Below are positions 13,070 through 27,163 of a stretch of 64,000 nt of DNA, in pieces (the first letter of the stretch is position 1; the number at the start of each line of letters is the position of its first letter). The translations under genes were made by a program, and so were the position numbers. The DNA comes from Squalus acanthias. Its lineage: Eukaryota. The DNA lies in NCBI GenBank assembly GCA_030390025.1, contig CM059432.1, forward strand, positions 44,828,001-44,892,000. Direction: 5' to 3'. The notes under the pieces are model-generated. The model saw only the letters and a program-made list of their open reading frames with translations. It ran no database searches and had not been told where the DNA came from.

Positions 13070-14866
13070 ATGATGTCACAATAGGGGAGAGAGCATGCTC
13101 CAAGGTTCTCCGATGCAGCACTGGACACCTTGGTGTAGAAGTTGAACATGAGGAGAGAGGTTCTGTTTCCACAGGGGACCAGGAGGTCCTCCAGGCAAAT
13201 GCATAAAATCCAATGGGAGCAGATAGCAATTGTGGTGAATGGCAGCAGTATAGCCCCGAGGACCTGGACCTCCAGGAACAAGTTTAATGACCTCACACGA
13301 GTGGTCAAGGTTAGTGAATTCATCTTCAAATGTCATATCCCACCATCTACACCACTAGCCTCACACACTGCTCAATGCACCATACTCCCATCACTCACCG
13401 ACCAACAATCTCTACCAAACACGGTTCATAATTCACATTCATAGCTTCACCTCACCCTCACACACTTACCACTGCTGCAACCCTCACGCCCACATCTCAT
13501 AGCTTGCACACACTGTCAGCTATTCAACCATGACAGGCATATCATGCAAGCACATTGTACCACACTCACTGACACCCTTCCCTTTCTCTTGCAAGACAGG
13601 ATGGCTTACAACTGGTGCCAACTGGACCTAACCGGAGGGGGACAGACGCACCTGCATAACCTGACCCTGATTCAGGAGACGGTGCTGGCCATTATTGGAA
13701 GGGCCATTGCTAAGCCCTTGGCCAGCGGCGGGGCTGAAAGAATACAAGATTCCGGTATCATCATACGGAATCCTCCTTCTCACATCTCACTTCCTCCTTA
13801 TCCCACAATCTCTTCTGATTTATAAGCTGCACATGGTGTAAGCATGCACCTCTTGCTTTCCCCCTTCCCTCACCACAATCCAGGCACTGGAGGAGGAACA
13901 CAAAATCGAAGAGCACAAAGGCACCGACGACGAAGACATAGCACCATCACTTGATTTCACACTCGCAGCCATCAGCTCAGATACTGACACTCCACGTAGT
14001 TCATAGGTTAGAGGCAGGATCTGCACGTGGTGAGACACTCAGCACGAGTGGCCTGCAGCCAGGGAAGGGGGAAAGGGTAGCGCAGGTGCCAGGTCCCGGA
14101 GGGAGAGGTCGCACACAAGTTCTGCTGCAGAGGACTCAGATGAGGACTTCGATGGGGCGGCCTACAGAAGAACGCTGATGGGTATGCACAACGAAATGCT
14201 TGGTGCATTGGCAGGCCTGCCAGAAAGCCTGAGTGCAATGTCAAGGAACATGGAGGAGGCCAGCACCAACGTGGCACCGGGCTTTGCGCAGATATCTTGA
14301 AGCCCATGATTCCCAGCATGGAAGTGATGGGCAACTCCATCGGTGCACTTGTGGACCCAACCATGACGCAGCGTCTGATGGCGAATGTCTCAGCTTCCAT
14401 TGCAGCTCAAGCAGAAACCACCTAATGTCTGAATGCTACAGTGGAATCTCAGACTCCTGTCATCCAAGCTCAGACTGCTCTCCTGCAGGCTCAGTTTGCT
14501 GTCACGCAAGCTCAGACTGCTGCCATCGTGGCTGCGTTTACCAGTGTTCAAAGGGGCTTGCAGGGTGTCACAGCAGTCCAGCAATCTGTCCTCCAGCAGA
14601 TTACTAGGAATGCTGAGGTGCCGCCCCCGGAGAGTGGCAGTGGCTCCATGGAGCACAAACCTGCTGTCCTCTCTCAGGATGACAGCATTCGTCCTCCCAC
14701 CACTGCCATGCCACCAGTGCCCTTGCTGTTGCCTGTCAGCCAGCCAGCCCAGACTGCTGCCACCCATGCTGAGGTGGTGCAGTCTGCAGCCGAGGCTTCT
14801 AGGCCCAGAGCTGCTCGAGGTTATCCTGCAAGGCCATCTGCAGTGTCCCCCACTGAAAGTCAGTAG
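13070..14866 (+). pseudogene. Harbinger Myb/SANT-like gene, three exons, degraded
   Basis: APRFSDAAL..WEQIA..RTW..KFNDL, then donor AAG|GTTAGT at 13309; Q/A-rich final exon ending at stop 14866. Confidence 0.8.
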
Positions 14867-15157
14867 CCTTCCACCAGCATGCTGCGGCCACTGGGGGAGC
14901 ACTTCGTAGGAGCACTAGGACAGGCAAAGGCACACTGAAGACAGGCACTAAGGGAATGCACAGGGTGATTAGTTGACTTTGTTATGTAATATTGAATGGA
15001 TTGATGCATAATGTTGGGATTGGAATATTTCTTTTGTGGTGGCTTTTATTTTAGTATTGTGACCAAGAGGACACTGTGATGGTCAGTAACAGAGGGAAGG
15101 TAAGGTGTGGGACTATTGTTGAATGGGGAATTGGGGCTGTGTCCACTGGTACCACAC

Positions 15158-16055
15158 TCAGATGAGGTGATCACAGACATTCCGGGCAGAAAGGGGCTGT
15201 CTGGATTGCCTCCACCCTTCTATTTCCTCCTCCTCCACTTCCTCCTCTTCCACCTCCTCCTCCTCAGCCGGTCGGCGTATGCCTGGTGGCAATGGCTGTG
15301 CCCTCATGATGGCGAGGTTGTGGAGCATGCAGCGGACCACCACGAATCCGGAGTACTCTGGTGAGTACTGCAGGGCTCCCCCATAGTGGTCTAGGCAGTG
15401 GAAATGTTGTTTAAGGACACCAATGGTCTGCTATATCAGATTCCATGTGGCAGCATGGCTTTCGTTACATGTATGCTGCACACGTGCGTTGGTTGCACAG
15501 CGGAGTCATGAATCAGGTGGTCAGCGAATAGCCCTTGCCTCCCAGTAGCCACCCTGTCATTTGATGTAGTGGCTCCAAGACTGAGGGAACAGTGGACTGG
15601 CGCACAATAAAAGCATCATGGCTGCTGCCAGGATACGGGCATTCACCATCATGACGTACTGAGCATGGTTGCACACCAACTGTACATTCGTCGAGTGGTA
15701 AGCTTTGCAGTTGTGGTACATCTCAGCATTTAGATGCGGTGCCCGCAAAGCCATGTGCGTGCAGTCGATGGCGTCCTGTACCATGGGGAAGTCCGCTATC
15801 TTGGCAAAGCCACGTGAATGCGCCACGTGAATGCTCCACCTGCTTCTCTCTGGTCAGAGAGAAACCAATGAAGTCCCCTCTCCTGGCATAAAGACCGTCT
15901 GTCACCTCTCTTATGCAGCAGTGGACGGCGAACTGGGAGATGTTATAGATGTCGCCTGCTCCAGCTTGGAAGGATCCCGATGCAAGGAAATTAAGGGCTA
16001 CGGTCACCTTCACAGTCACTGACAGTGCTGTCCTTGTCCTGGTGTGAGGCTGCAG
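15158..16055 (-). pseudogene. Harbinger (HARBI1-like) DDE transposase remnant
   Basis: ALNFLASGSFQ..ISQFAVH, FPMVQDAIDCTH, NVQLVC, and C-terminal CMLHN plus an acidic tract. Confidence 0.9.
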
Positions 16056-18429
16056 GTCTGGTTTTAACTTCCCACCCGTCTGATTTCGCTGGGCAGGTTA
16101 GGGTTAAAATTGCCCCCCAATAATCAAAAGTAATCTTTGCAAATGGCTTTCAAATTATTTGTTTTGAAATGCTTTATCATATAGGCAGAACATGAAACCT
16201 GAGTAATATTGATTTATGCTCTATGTAAATTAATCTATACTAGAAAAGATTTCCCAGCAACATGGGAGTTGGCAGATGGACAGTTAATATTAGTACTGTA
16301 CTGTATTTAAGTTAATGTAAAGGGTTCTTGTAAGAAGATGCACCAAAATAGTCATTTCGGGCCTCTTTTTTTCAGTTATTGGATTTCAGCTTTACAGTGT
16401 ACATCTGATTAGTATATTACCTCTTTTGATTTCCACAGCAATAAGTCTGACCACATGTATATAATACCACAGACAGATAGACACTGATTCCCCTTACATG
16501 AAGAAAGCCTTTCATATTTTTCGATTTCAAGTTGACCAAAAACTTAATTTTAGAAATAGACTAGGGGGTTGTAAAAATTGAAAGCATCTGTGCTACAAGT
16601 CAACACCATTTCCAATTAAACTATTGTTCTTACTGGAGAAATGGAAGTAGTTCTGGAATGGTGTAAACCAGTGAAAGCCTGAAGATATCTGCAGAGAACT
16701 AACTGCAGACTGTTTCTCTCTGGTCAAATGGTTTCCAGCCAGAGCTGTCAAAAACTATCAGTTTCAAACAAGCGTTGCGTATTTCTTAATTTATAGCAAC
16801 AAGTACTGGCAACCAAAGTGAAAAGTGAACCTTTGTACACAGTATGATAAAGTACTAACATAATTTACGACCACACTGAACTTGCTAGATGTGTGTGTAT
16901 GTGTGTTTGGTGGATACAGAGAAAGTATGCAGGTGGTACACCCCAAATTTCTACATGATGAGTTGCACCACTTTTATGCTATTGGTTTATGAGTTGCGCT
17001 CACCAATGGTCTTGTAAAACTCGTGTAAATTGGGAGTGATCTGTTGCTTTTTAACCATACCTGCAATCGGGCCGCTGAGTCCCGATTGACCACATTTACA
17101 TTAAATTATAATGCCAATGGCATCGCAGCTCCCAGTTTCCTGTCTCTATGCTTGCAATGCCATCAGGGAAACTTAGACTGAGAATTATAAGGTGCAGCAG
17201 CTGCCAGGATCAGTCGAGACATGCGGAAGTGAGGAGTTTCTGAGCCTAGAAAATCTGCATAGTTTTACTAGCGATTTGTGCATCTAGAAAAAATATTTTG
17301 CAGCACTTTTTTGATATTTTGGCTATACAGAGATGGACTTGTTTCTCACTGCTTTGTTTATTATATGAAATCTGGAGACTAACAAACTAAAAGGTTCTTT
17401 TGTGAAGATTAGCTCTAAGCAGTTTTACACAGCCACACTTACTTGTATGAAGGTTACCATCAAATTATGATCCTGTGGGACGTGACATTCCCAATGTGTA
17501 CAACATCAAAATTGTTGAAAAGTCATATCTATTGCAGGCTATCTAGGATTCTGGGCATCTTGTTTATCACTGAATTGTTCTATTGCTGCCATTTAGAACT
17601 TATTAGATTGGATAAATAAAGATACTCATACACCAGCTGAAATAAAAATAAAGGTACATCAAAACCCATGCAAACCTATTCAAAGAAGATCCAGTATATA
17701 ATGTGTAAAGTTTTGTCATGAGTACAGAAACCATTGTGCTTATATTGATAATGACACTGGTAAATTGTGTGCTTGGGCAATGGAATTTGTAAAAGGATTT
17801 TGAAAGGATGTGAAATTCTGTTTGTGTAGGTTAAATCTCTTGGGTTAAAAAGCATGTTAAAGCTAATGGAATTCCTCAGTCTGCTGAAGGCATTAACTGC
17901 TACTAATGTGAGTTACTAATAATGCATAGTACATTTTCATACACAGATATACGAAACTAGCCTACATCATTACAAAAACATTATAACTGTGATATCTGAG
18001 TGGGATATAATTGAAACATCTCTCCAGAGGCTGTTATCTGTCAAGGAATCAACCAAGCACTGATTATTCACATAGATGTTGGTACTGAGATATGGCCTTG
18101 GGTTTTAACGCTGGCCCAATTTTCAGTGGGTGAATTTCGGGCTCCAATTTTAACTGGGGGCCCAGTCAGGTGGGAAGCAGTGCAAATTCACACAGCCACT
18201 AAGCAGGTAAGTACATTAGATCGGCTTCCGGAGCCCTCCCATGGAGGTCCCTGCAATCGGAGTGGGGGGGGAGATCATCCTTTTAAGGGCATATTTAAAG
18301 CAGAGGAAGATACAGGGCTATGAGAGAGACCAGGTCAGTGGGATTAGTTTTGGATTACTCTAGCAGGGATCCAGCACAGGTACAATGGGCTAAATGGCAT
18401 CTTTCTGTGCTGTAAACTTCAATGGTTCT

Positions 18430-19145
18430 ATTTTTCTATGGTCTTTAACAATCCCATGGCACTTCCTGAAGAAGAGAAGAGAGTTATCTTGCTGTCCGGG
18501 CCAACATTTTTCCTATAACCAGCGCTGGAAAACAACAGGTTAACTGGTTGTTCATCTTCTTGCTGTCTGTGGGACCTTGTTCTGCATAAAATAGTTGCGG
18601 TGTTCACCTGTATAAAATCCAAGGCTGCAATTAAAAAGTATTTGACTGTATGTGAAGGAGTTTGGAGCATCATAAGTGATGTTTTAAGATCCAAGTTCTT
18701 TCTCTCGGCGGGTTCGGTGTGACCCCGGCCGTACCGGAGATGAGGTAGAAGATCAGCCATGATCTTATTGAATGGTGGAGCAGGCTCGAAGGGCCAAATG
18801 GCCTACTCCAGCTCCTATTTCGTATGTTCTTATGTTCTCTCTTTCATCCAAGTGGACCCTCTTCATGTGTGGATCTAAACTCAGTTTTGGTCCACTATCA
18901 CCCACTAAGAGTATCATAGACAAGCCCAATCCTGTCCTGGTCCAATGCCCACATGCACATTTTCTGATGGGGGCGCCGGGGGTGGTCATTGGATAGAAAT
19001 CAGGAGTAGCAAACCTGATTGATTTCTTCTTCTCTAGCATAGGGACACTGGGGGTATTTGTACCGCACCCAGTGCCACCGAGTTGAAGTCAGCTAACTCA
19101 GCATAGACCGCCAATTGAACCTGAACCTTCCTGATCTTCATGGGT
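18430..19145. mobile_element. Cluster of SINE and CR1 3'-end remnants
   Basis: 18430-18690 resembles the body of the 21425-21855 SINE; 18700-18836 is a CR1 tail; 18850-19145 has a minus-strand B-box-like GGTTCAATT. Confidence 0.55.
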
Positions 19146-19599
19146 CAGATAAAAGGAAGAACTGCAAATGCTGAAAATCTCAGCAACTATGTCGCGTAAT
19201 TCATACAAAAATTGACACAACATTTTTTCCTTCCCCCATTCAACCTCAGCACACTCAAGTAGAGCACACCTGAAAAGTAAACTACCTGACCTGAGCCCAC
19301 TTATATTTTTGGGTATGAGTCATTAACCCACCATTTTTGGGCCCTTCTGGCTGTCCACAAACAGCAGTCAGAAGATCTCCACCTCTTAAATCTAACATGA
19401 TGGCACTGTGAAGGAAAAATAACATACCTTCCAACTAACCACAAGTTTTCAATCAGTCTTTGCTCAAATCAGAAAATCTGGGCAGGCTGGGAACAGAGCC
19501 TAAGGCCCACTATCAGTGGTTGCCATGATGTTTGGATTTCTCCCAAGCAAAGACCCAGAAAAATAAGGCAGAAGGGGTGATGAGGTCAGCCCTGCTTCA

Positions 19600-20950
19600 T
19601 TTTCATATTATTTAGATGACGGCGCGTCATCAGCATGTTTCCTTAAAGGGACCATGTGCAAATTGATTTTGACAGTTGTGCTGTCTGGGTTCTACAGCAT
19701 TGAGGTGCTGCAAACACTGACAATCACTGTACAAAGGTTTACGACTGCACCCAGGCTCTCCCATGACTCCCTCCATATGTTTATGGAGGGATTAACAGCA
19801 CGCAGGGAGAATTCCATGGGCGGAAGAGACCTCCCTATGAGATCAACGCAGCCTGGTTACACATTGCACAGGAGGACACAAGCAGAGATGTCGTTAGGAG
19901 GACCAGGCTACAGTGGCGCAAACCTTTCAATGGTCTCAGTAGATCACGAAACGTTACTGCAAAGCCACACTCAACCTCATCCTGCTGTGCCACTCATCAC
20001 ATCCCCATCACTCTGCCTTCCCTACCTAGCTCCTGCACATCCTTACTCACTCCAACTTACCTTTCACCTCCACCCATCCCTCTCTATCTACATTATCACA
20101 TCCCCATCTCACTAGCCACCCCTCACACTCACCCTTATCCTAGTCCAACCATACCAACTAACAATACACAAGGGTAGGCACTTGGGTGTTTTAGCTAATG
20201 TTCATGTGAAGTTTCTGTTAATGTACTGTCAAACATTGAAACCTTTATTTTCAACACTTTCATTCTTGGACAGATTTGTGTGCACCTTTGGAAGTGGCTT
20301 AGTGAGTTGCAGTGAATGGTGAGACATAACAGTACCCCCCGCAATGGCAATGAGTATGAAAGGAATGGCTTGGGCATTGTAGGGATGCTATATGGTGTTG
20401 GTGTGGGGTGGTGCCAACCTGGCACATCATGTGGCAGTCAGGGTGTACAGCGTCTAGTGAAGTAAATGTGGCTATGGTGAGGCCATCCCTGGCATCCCGT
20501 GCAGCAATGTGGTCGGGTGCTGATGCCCTATGTCCTGTGCACCATCAGTTGAAAAAAGGAGAAGGTTGGTGGTGGTGTTGGTGCTGCTGGTGTGCCTGGT
20601 GCTGCTGGTGTTGGGGCTGATCATGGTGGCATTCTGAGGACCAAGGTGAGATAGTTTCAAGGGCACCGATGCTGATGGAATAGATGGCAGGTGAAGTTGA
20701 GATGACAGCAGCAATCTGTCAATGGTGAGAGAGGTTGTTCCAATTAAGTGCCTGTTAACAAGCTCTTAATAATCTAAATTGTCTGTCCCGCCACTTGGTG
20801 TCGGGTCTGTTCAGCGATGACAGACCCAACATCTGGGAAACTAACGTGGCGGCGGGTTGACATAGGGTTCTCTACCTGGTGTCAAAAAATGTGTTTTCCC
20901 ACAGACCCACCACCAAACACGCCCGCTGACCCCCCGAAAAATTCCCCCCC
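19600..20950 (+). mobile_element. Degraded Harbinger-type element with Myb remnant (boundaries uncertain)
   Basis: TAPRLSHDSLHMFMEGL..RRE resembles the Myb N-terminus and is followed by a C/A-rich intron-like tract. Confidence 0.45.
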
Positions 20951-21424
20951 ATGGACTCTTCCCCCTTTGAAGAATCCCCAGAAGTCCCTGGGTTTCTGCC
21001 CCATTTTCCTGCGCAGAGCACCTAGGGAATAAAAGTTATCCGGTCACACATAGAGGAAAATCTGCCTTAAAATCTTTAATAACAAAATTTACCATTGCTA
21101 AATAGACCAAAACATTCATGTGCTTTCTTATTTTTCTATGATTTAGTAACTACAGGGTTAAGTACCAATAACATGGCGAATTAAATGTAATCATCAGCTA
21201 ATGTTCAAGCATTCTATAATTTGTCACAATTCATCACCGAGTGATTAGGCTGCATAATTTTTGTACAGTTCTTAATTACTTTTTACATGTAATACAGAAT
21301 CTGGCCATGGAAGTTTCCCACTGGTGCAGAATTAGACAACAATGAAACAAGAAAGTGTGCATTTATTGTGGGTTTATCAAACCATTATATATAAAGAAAG
21401 GTATAAACCAAGCTATATAAAGAA

Positions 21425-21855
21425 CGAAAGACTATAGCGCCTTTCACAACCACTGGACATTCCAAAGCACTTTACAACCAATGAAGTACTTTTTGAAGTG
21501 TAGTTGTAATGTAGGAAACACAGCAAACTCCATCGACAGCAATGTGATAATGAGCAAATAATCTGTTTTTTTAAGTGATGTTGATTGAGAGATAAATATT
21601 GGCCAGGACACTGGGGATAATTTCGAGGTTCTTCTTCAAAATAGTGCCATGGGATCTTTTACATCCACCTGAGAGAGCAGACAGGGCCTCGGTTTAACAT
21701 CTCATCCAAAAGACGGTACCTCTGACAGTGCAGCAATCCCTCAGTTCTGCACTGGATTGTCAGCCTAGATTTTTGTGCGTTGGAGTGGGACTTAAACCCA
21801 CAACCTTCTAACTCAGAGGCAAGGGTGCTACCAACTGAGCCACAGCTGACACTCA
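21425..21855 (-). mobile_element. tRNA-derived SINE
   Basis: Reverse complement head TGGCTCAGTTGG (A-box) and GGTTTAAGTCCC (B-box); body shared with 55600-56062. Confidence 0.8.
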
Positions 21856-23148
21856 CAGGGATCAAGAAAAATGGAGATCTCAGGGAAGTCAATGGAAAGG
21901 GAAATCGGGTGGGGTGTATAACGGGCGACCGATTCGTTCCAGGCCAAATTATTGGCCCCACTGAAGCTGAAAGTTCCGTCCATGGATACAGGTTCAGAAT
22001 TCATTCATGGTAGATACTTGTCTTATACGTTTGACTTGGCAGCAACATAGAGGAACAGCAATGTGATCGCTGTTTTATAATTCTCTCTGACAGCGATTAA
22101 CGCACAATAATCTTTCACTTTTACAGCAGCTGCCACATTTCCCAACTGGGATACAGTTCTGCAACTTTTTGCCCCAATTTTTTCCACTTTTTTTCCCCCC
22201 TTTTACCTCCCCTCCTCCCTCACCTGATGGGTTTGAATCCTTGCTGGGACTGAACACTCTCTCATGCCCTGTCCAAATGACAATTAATATATTTGAGCCT
22301 TGTCAGTGAGTGATTGGAGTTGATTGAATACAGAGGTGGCGCATATCACATCCAAAGCTGATTCTGCCATTACCGAACAACCGCTCATGTGCACTTTACC
22401 ACAGGGTTGCTGGATAGTAATCAGGAGTGGGAATCCTCTGGCCCATTTTCCACTCCCTAACCCTGATTGTGGTAATTCCACTGCTGCACAAGCTGAAATA
22501 AGCAAACTCCACACAAACTAAAAATTAACCTAGAATCTTCCTACATTTGTGTGGCTCAGCTACTAACTGTGTAAACCCTCATGGCCAGTAGGGGATCTTG
22601 CATCCACCAATTAACTCTATTTAGCATCTTGGATCCATGAGAATGTGTGCTGGATTGCATTTGCTTAGTTGACCCTTCACTCAATCGTCAGAAAACTTTT
22701 TTCAGTTTTAAAAGCCAATGTTCAATGTGACCTTGAAGATTAAATACCCTGCACAATCTGCACAGGGATTGCGATCAAATCTGCAAGACAAAGGTATGCT
22801 CATCAAAAGTGTTTTACGGCCTAAACTATTGCCTCTTTCTCTATTAGGGAGTAATTCCTTTCGACCCTATTTAGATTTGTACTGGCAAAGTAATAACTTT
22901 CTCCCAGTTGTCCTGGACAAGATAAAATAGATCTTATTCCTGTGACTGAAGTGCTGGCGTTTCAACAAAATTGTTTATTGAACTGTGAAAATACAAGAGC
23001 CAAGACAGCATTAACAAAGCTTGACATTTCAAAGTCCCCAAGAAAGGTTTGTTCTTTTAAGTTAGTTAGTGTGAGGGTGCTGCGAACAATATACAACTAT
23101 CTCTAGTAAGAGGCTGATCCTAAGAATCTCTGGATTTCAATAACACAT

Positions 23149-23430
23149 GGGATAATTTTGACTGTTGACGATAGCGTAAAGCAGGGACAGGGTACTGGAC
23201 TTGGATGATCAGCCATGATCGTATTGAATGGCGGAGCAGGCTCGACGGGCCGAATGGCCTACTCCTGCTCCTAGATTCTATGTTTCTATGTTTCTAAAAC
23301 GGCTGATGTCGGCTTGGCCATCCGTTAAACACCTCTCCCGATTTTTGTTTCCATTTACTTCAATTGAGAGAGATATTTAACGGGAGTCCGAGCCCATTTT
23401 ACACTATCGTCTAAAGTTGAAATTACACCC
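23149..23430. mobile_element. Palindromic MITE with an inserted CR1 3' end (about 23181-23295)
   Basis: Long imperfect TIR (GGGATAATTTTGACT..GACGATAGCGTAAAA vs reverse complement GGGTGTAATTTCAACT..GACGATAGTGTAAAA); CR1 tail (TTCTATGT)n flanked by TAAA. Confidence 0.7.
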
Positions 23431-26400
23431 ATTGAATGGGCAGAAGTGAATTTTTCCTGGGTTTAACACCCAAATAGCACGTGTAAAATGGGTCCTGTGC
23501 ACAGGAAAAATGGTTGTTAATCCTTTTCTCCTGTTCTGCACCTAAATAGCACTGTCTGAATTTTCTAGATGGACCTGGCTGTACCTGAAGAGGCTGCAAT
23601 AATGTAAATTTCATGCAAATGAGTGTCAGAGACATGTGCACTCAAATCTCCTGCATTAGCACTGGGTACAGTTCAGGGGCAATCTGCTCCTAAAACAAAA
23701 GCTGCCATATGTATGCTCTGTCTTAAAGGGACAGACGTCTCTTGTAAAAAAAAAACAATCATTTTCAACCTTTTGAATAAAAAAAATTGTCGCAGAATGC
23801 TGTAACTCTTTTTAGCTCACCAACAGATGCTGTTTGGTACAGTAATTCCCCCCACCTTTTTTGTAAGATGACTATTTTAGAGGCAGATAAGAACCAATAA
23901 CCACAAGCCCCCTTGACAGATGATGAAGATACTCACCAGTCCTGCTCCAGAGTCACCATCACCTGCCAGGAGTCCTCCTTCCACCTCTTCATACAATAAC
24001 TCCATCTGACAATCAATAGAAAGAGAATCCTCCCACTCAACTCCATACTCCCACCCAGTTCCCAATTCCTCAGCATAAACGCCCACACTTATTTTCCCTG
24101 TTCATCAAGAGTAAAAAAGCACAAATACATGACTGACTTATTAAAAATGCTGCTTCCCTTTTACCCATTTTTTTCCATGATGGTGGCGTGGGTGCATGGC
24201 TACCTATCTTAGCGCTCCTTCTAAGTGAACACTGACAGGAGACTTGGAGAGGGGCCAAGCTGTCCTGCTACAGGCTGTGAATTCTCTGCAGATTCATTGA
24301 CAGCCTGGCCCAGCCTGCCTTCTGGCTCTTGGACAGGCATGGGCTGGTGGAGGAGTAGTGTGGAATGTTGCTTTCCTGAAATGAATTATCTTTCAGCACT
24401 TCATCCATCCTGGCACTACTTGCAGTCTCAGTGTCACTGTGCCCTCTGATCTGCAGGTGCGATGATCCGATGGCTTCAATTACCTTAAGGAAGCCCATCC
24501 CTATCTCATCCCTCATTTAGGGAGGCTCATCGATAACCATGCCCAGTAAAGCAGGCTTTCAAATACTTCTTTCAATCTTACCAGGTGTTCTTTAAAATGT
24601 TTAACCACATTAAACAATCGGACCACAGCCCTCATTGCAGTACTAATTTCTTGTTGAATTTATCAGACCAGAAGGCATGAGTTTAAATTGGTGTGAAACC
24701 TCAGCAAATTGTAACTGTGGTGGTTTCACAGTCAGTCAAACAATTACCTGTTTATTTTTGACACTTGACTCAGTTGCCATCGATTCTTGATACTAAACAG
24801 AGTGGCATGAAATCTGATTTAACATCCTGTGATCAATACAAGATCTTGTAGTTCCATCTTTTTATCTTTCAGAAAAATTACAACATTGTCATGTCACAAT
24901 GGGAAATTCACAACACTCTGCACAATAACCTGTTTTGAAAATCAGGCTCTAAACCTCTGCTATGGCACTATGAGCTCCAACACAAGAAAATGGAGGTAAA
25001 TATAGTGGACAAAGTATTGGTAGCAAAATATGCCTTAAATATTTTTTGAACACAACATACTGTAATTATCTTTTCTGTTCTTCATAGATTGAAATTAGAA
25101 TTAATCCTGTTTCTATTGTGTACACATCTGGCACCCTGGAGTCTTTCTAAAGGTCTCCGACATATCATATCCTAAGAGGAGTCTTTACCAGCTGTCTTGA
25201 GAGTATGTTAATATATTTACCAGCTGTCTCCACAATATTAAAAATAGTTTGCACCTTCCAGTTATAAACCCCTGCTTGCTGAATCTAACATAAATTCATT
25301 GTGATTCTCGTGATTATTATTTTGTAAATAGGCTTTAAGCAACATGACATAGAAAGGAAAACACGTGACCATTTGGTTCATTTTAGCTCATCCATCTAGA
25401 AAAAATAGATTTCCTCACAGCACCTAACAGTTTTTTAAAGGTTTTTGCCTCCAATAATGTGCCCAGTAATCCATTCCAGGTGTTGATTACTCTTTGCCGG
25501 TAGAACTTCCTGACATCAGCGCTACATTCGCCTTTCACCAGCTTAAAACTGTATCCCCTTGCCCTGCTGTTAAGATTTACCTTGAGATACTGCTCTGGAT
25601 TTACCTTTTCTGTACTGTTGGTATGTTGTATAATTTGTAAGGCTCCCTCTCTTATTTGCTTTCAAGACAAGGTGGCAAGTTAAAAATCGACCCGAATATA
25701 TTTAGTACATTGAGGGGTGAAATTGGATTGGGCCCGAAAATGGGCGCGAGGATCGTGGTGCACGATCTGCCTGTGCCCACTGAAAGTAGTACAGGCAGCA
25801 TGCAAAATTCATGCTGCCTGCTCATTAGCATGATTGTAGTGCTGAGCCCAGCGTTAAACGCGCTGCTGGTTGGCTCAGCGCTCAACAGGGGGGCCAATAT
25901 TGGGTGCAGTCTGCTGTCCAATTAATGTATATCTGCAGAGTGAAAGGCTCCCTGCACTTCTTAAAGGGGAGGTGCTTTGTTGCAGAAGTACCTCATTGTC
26001 ACTGTAGCTGCAGCAATGGCACAACAGGAGAGAGAAAGAGCACCTCACTTCTCAGATGCAGCACTGGAGGCCTTGGGTATATAGAAGGAGACAGATCCTC
26101 TACCCGCAGGGGGGCAGGAGGCCTTCGAGACACAACATCAGAAGGCAGTGGGAGGAGATAGCCCAAGCCGTCAGTGCCAGCAGTGTTGCTCCCAGGACCT
26201 GTATCCAGTGCCGCAAGAAGTTTAATGACCTCACATGAGTGGTCAAGGTGAGTGAATGCATCTTCAAATGCCATATCCCACCAACTGCATCACAAGCCTC
26301 ACACACTGCTCGAAGCACCACACCCGCACTACTCACCTACCAACAATATCTAGCAATCACGACTCATACCTCAGAATCATAGCTTCACCTCACCCTCACA

Positions 26401-27163
26401 CACTTACCACTGCTGCAAGCCTCATACCCATATCTGACACCTTGCACACAATGTCAGCTATTCAACCATGACAGCCACATCACCTAATCACATTACACCA
26501 CACTCACTGACACACTTCCCATTCTCTTGCAGGCTAAGGTGGCTCACAATTGGCATGAGCAGCAACAGACAGGCGGGGGCAAGCACATCTGCACAACCTT
26601 ACTGTGCTGGAGGAGAATTGCTGCAGATAATTGGAGGGGGCCATCACTCAGCCCGTGGCAAGCGGCGGGGTTGAAAGCATTGATGATGACGGTATGCTCA
26701 TACCGAATCCTCCTCCTTACAACCCACTTCGCCCTCTTCACACAATCTCTTCTCACTTACAAGCTGCTGATGGTGTAAGCATTCACATCTTGCTTTCTCC
26801 ACCTCTCCTCACCACAACTTGACCCTTGTGCCTTTCTCCTTTCAGATACCCAAGAACTGCCAGCAGCCCAGCCTGTACACAAATAACTAGAGGAGGAGAG
26901 TAAAGGTGAAGAAGAGGCACCATCACTCGATCTGACACTCCCAGGCACCAGCTCAGAAAATGGCACTGCACGATCTTTAGAGGGTAGTACAGAGATGGGA
27001 TCTGCATGTGGTGAGTCACCGGGCACGAGTGGGCTGTAGCCAGGCCAAGGGGTAAGGGTAGCTCAGGTGCCAGCTCTCGGGAGGGCAAATTCGCACACGA
27101 GTTCTGCTGTGCAGGACTCCGATGAGGACTTCGATGGGACGGCCTTCAGAAGAAGGCTGATGG

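Larger units (their letters stand above)
12751..16060. mobile_element. PIF/Harbinger transposon H1 (Myb gene on +, transposase on -), right end lost
   Basis: Left end GGGTTAAAAATTC resembles the H3 termini; convergent Myb and DDE transposase remnants. Confidence 0.88.
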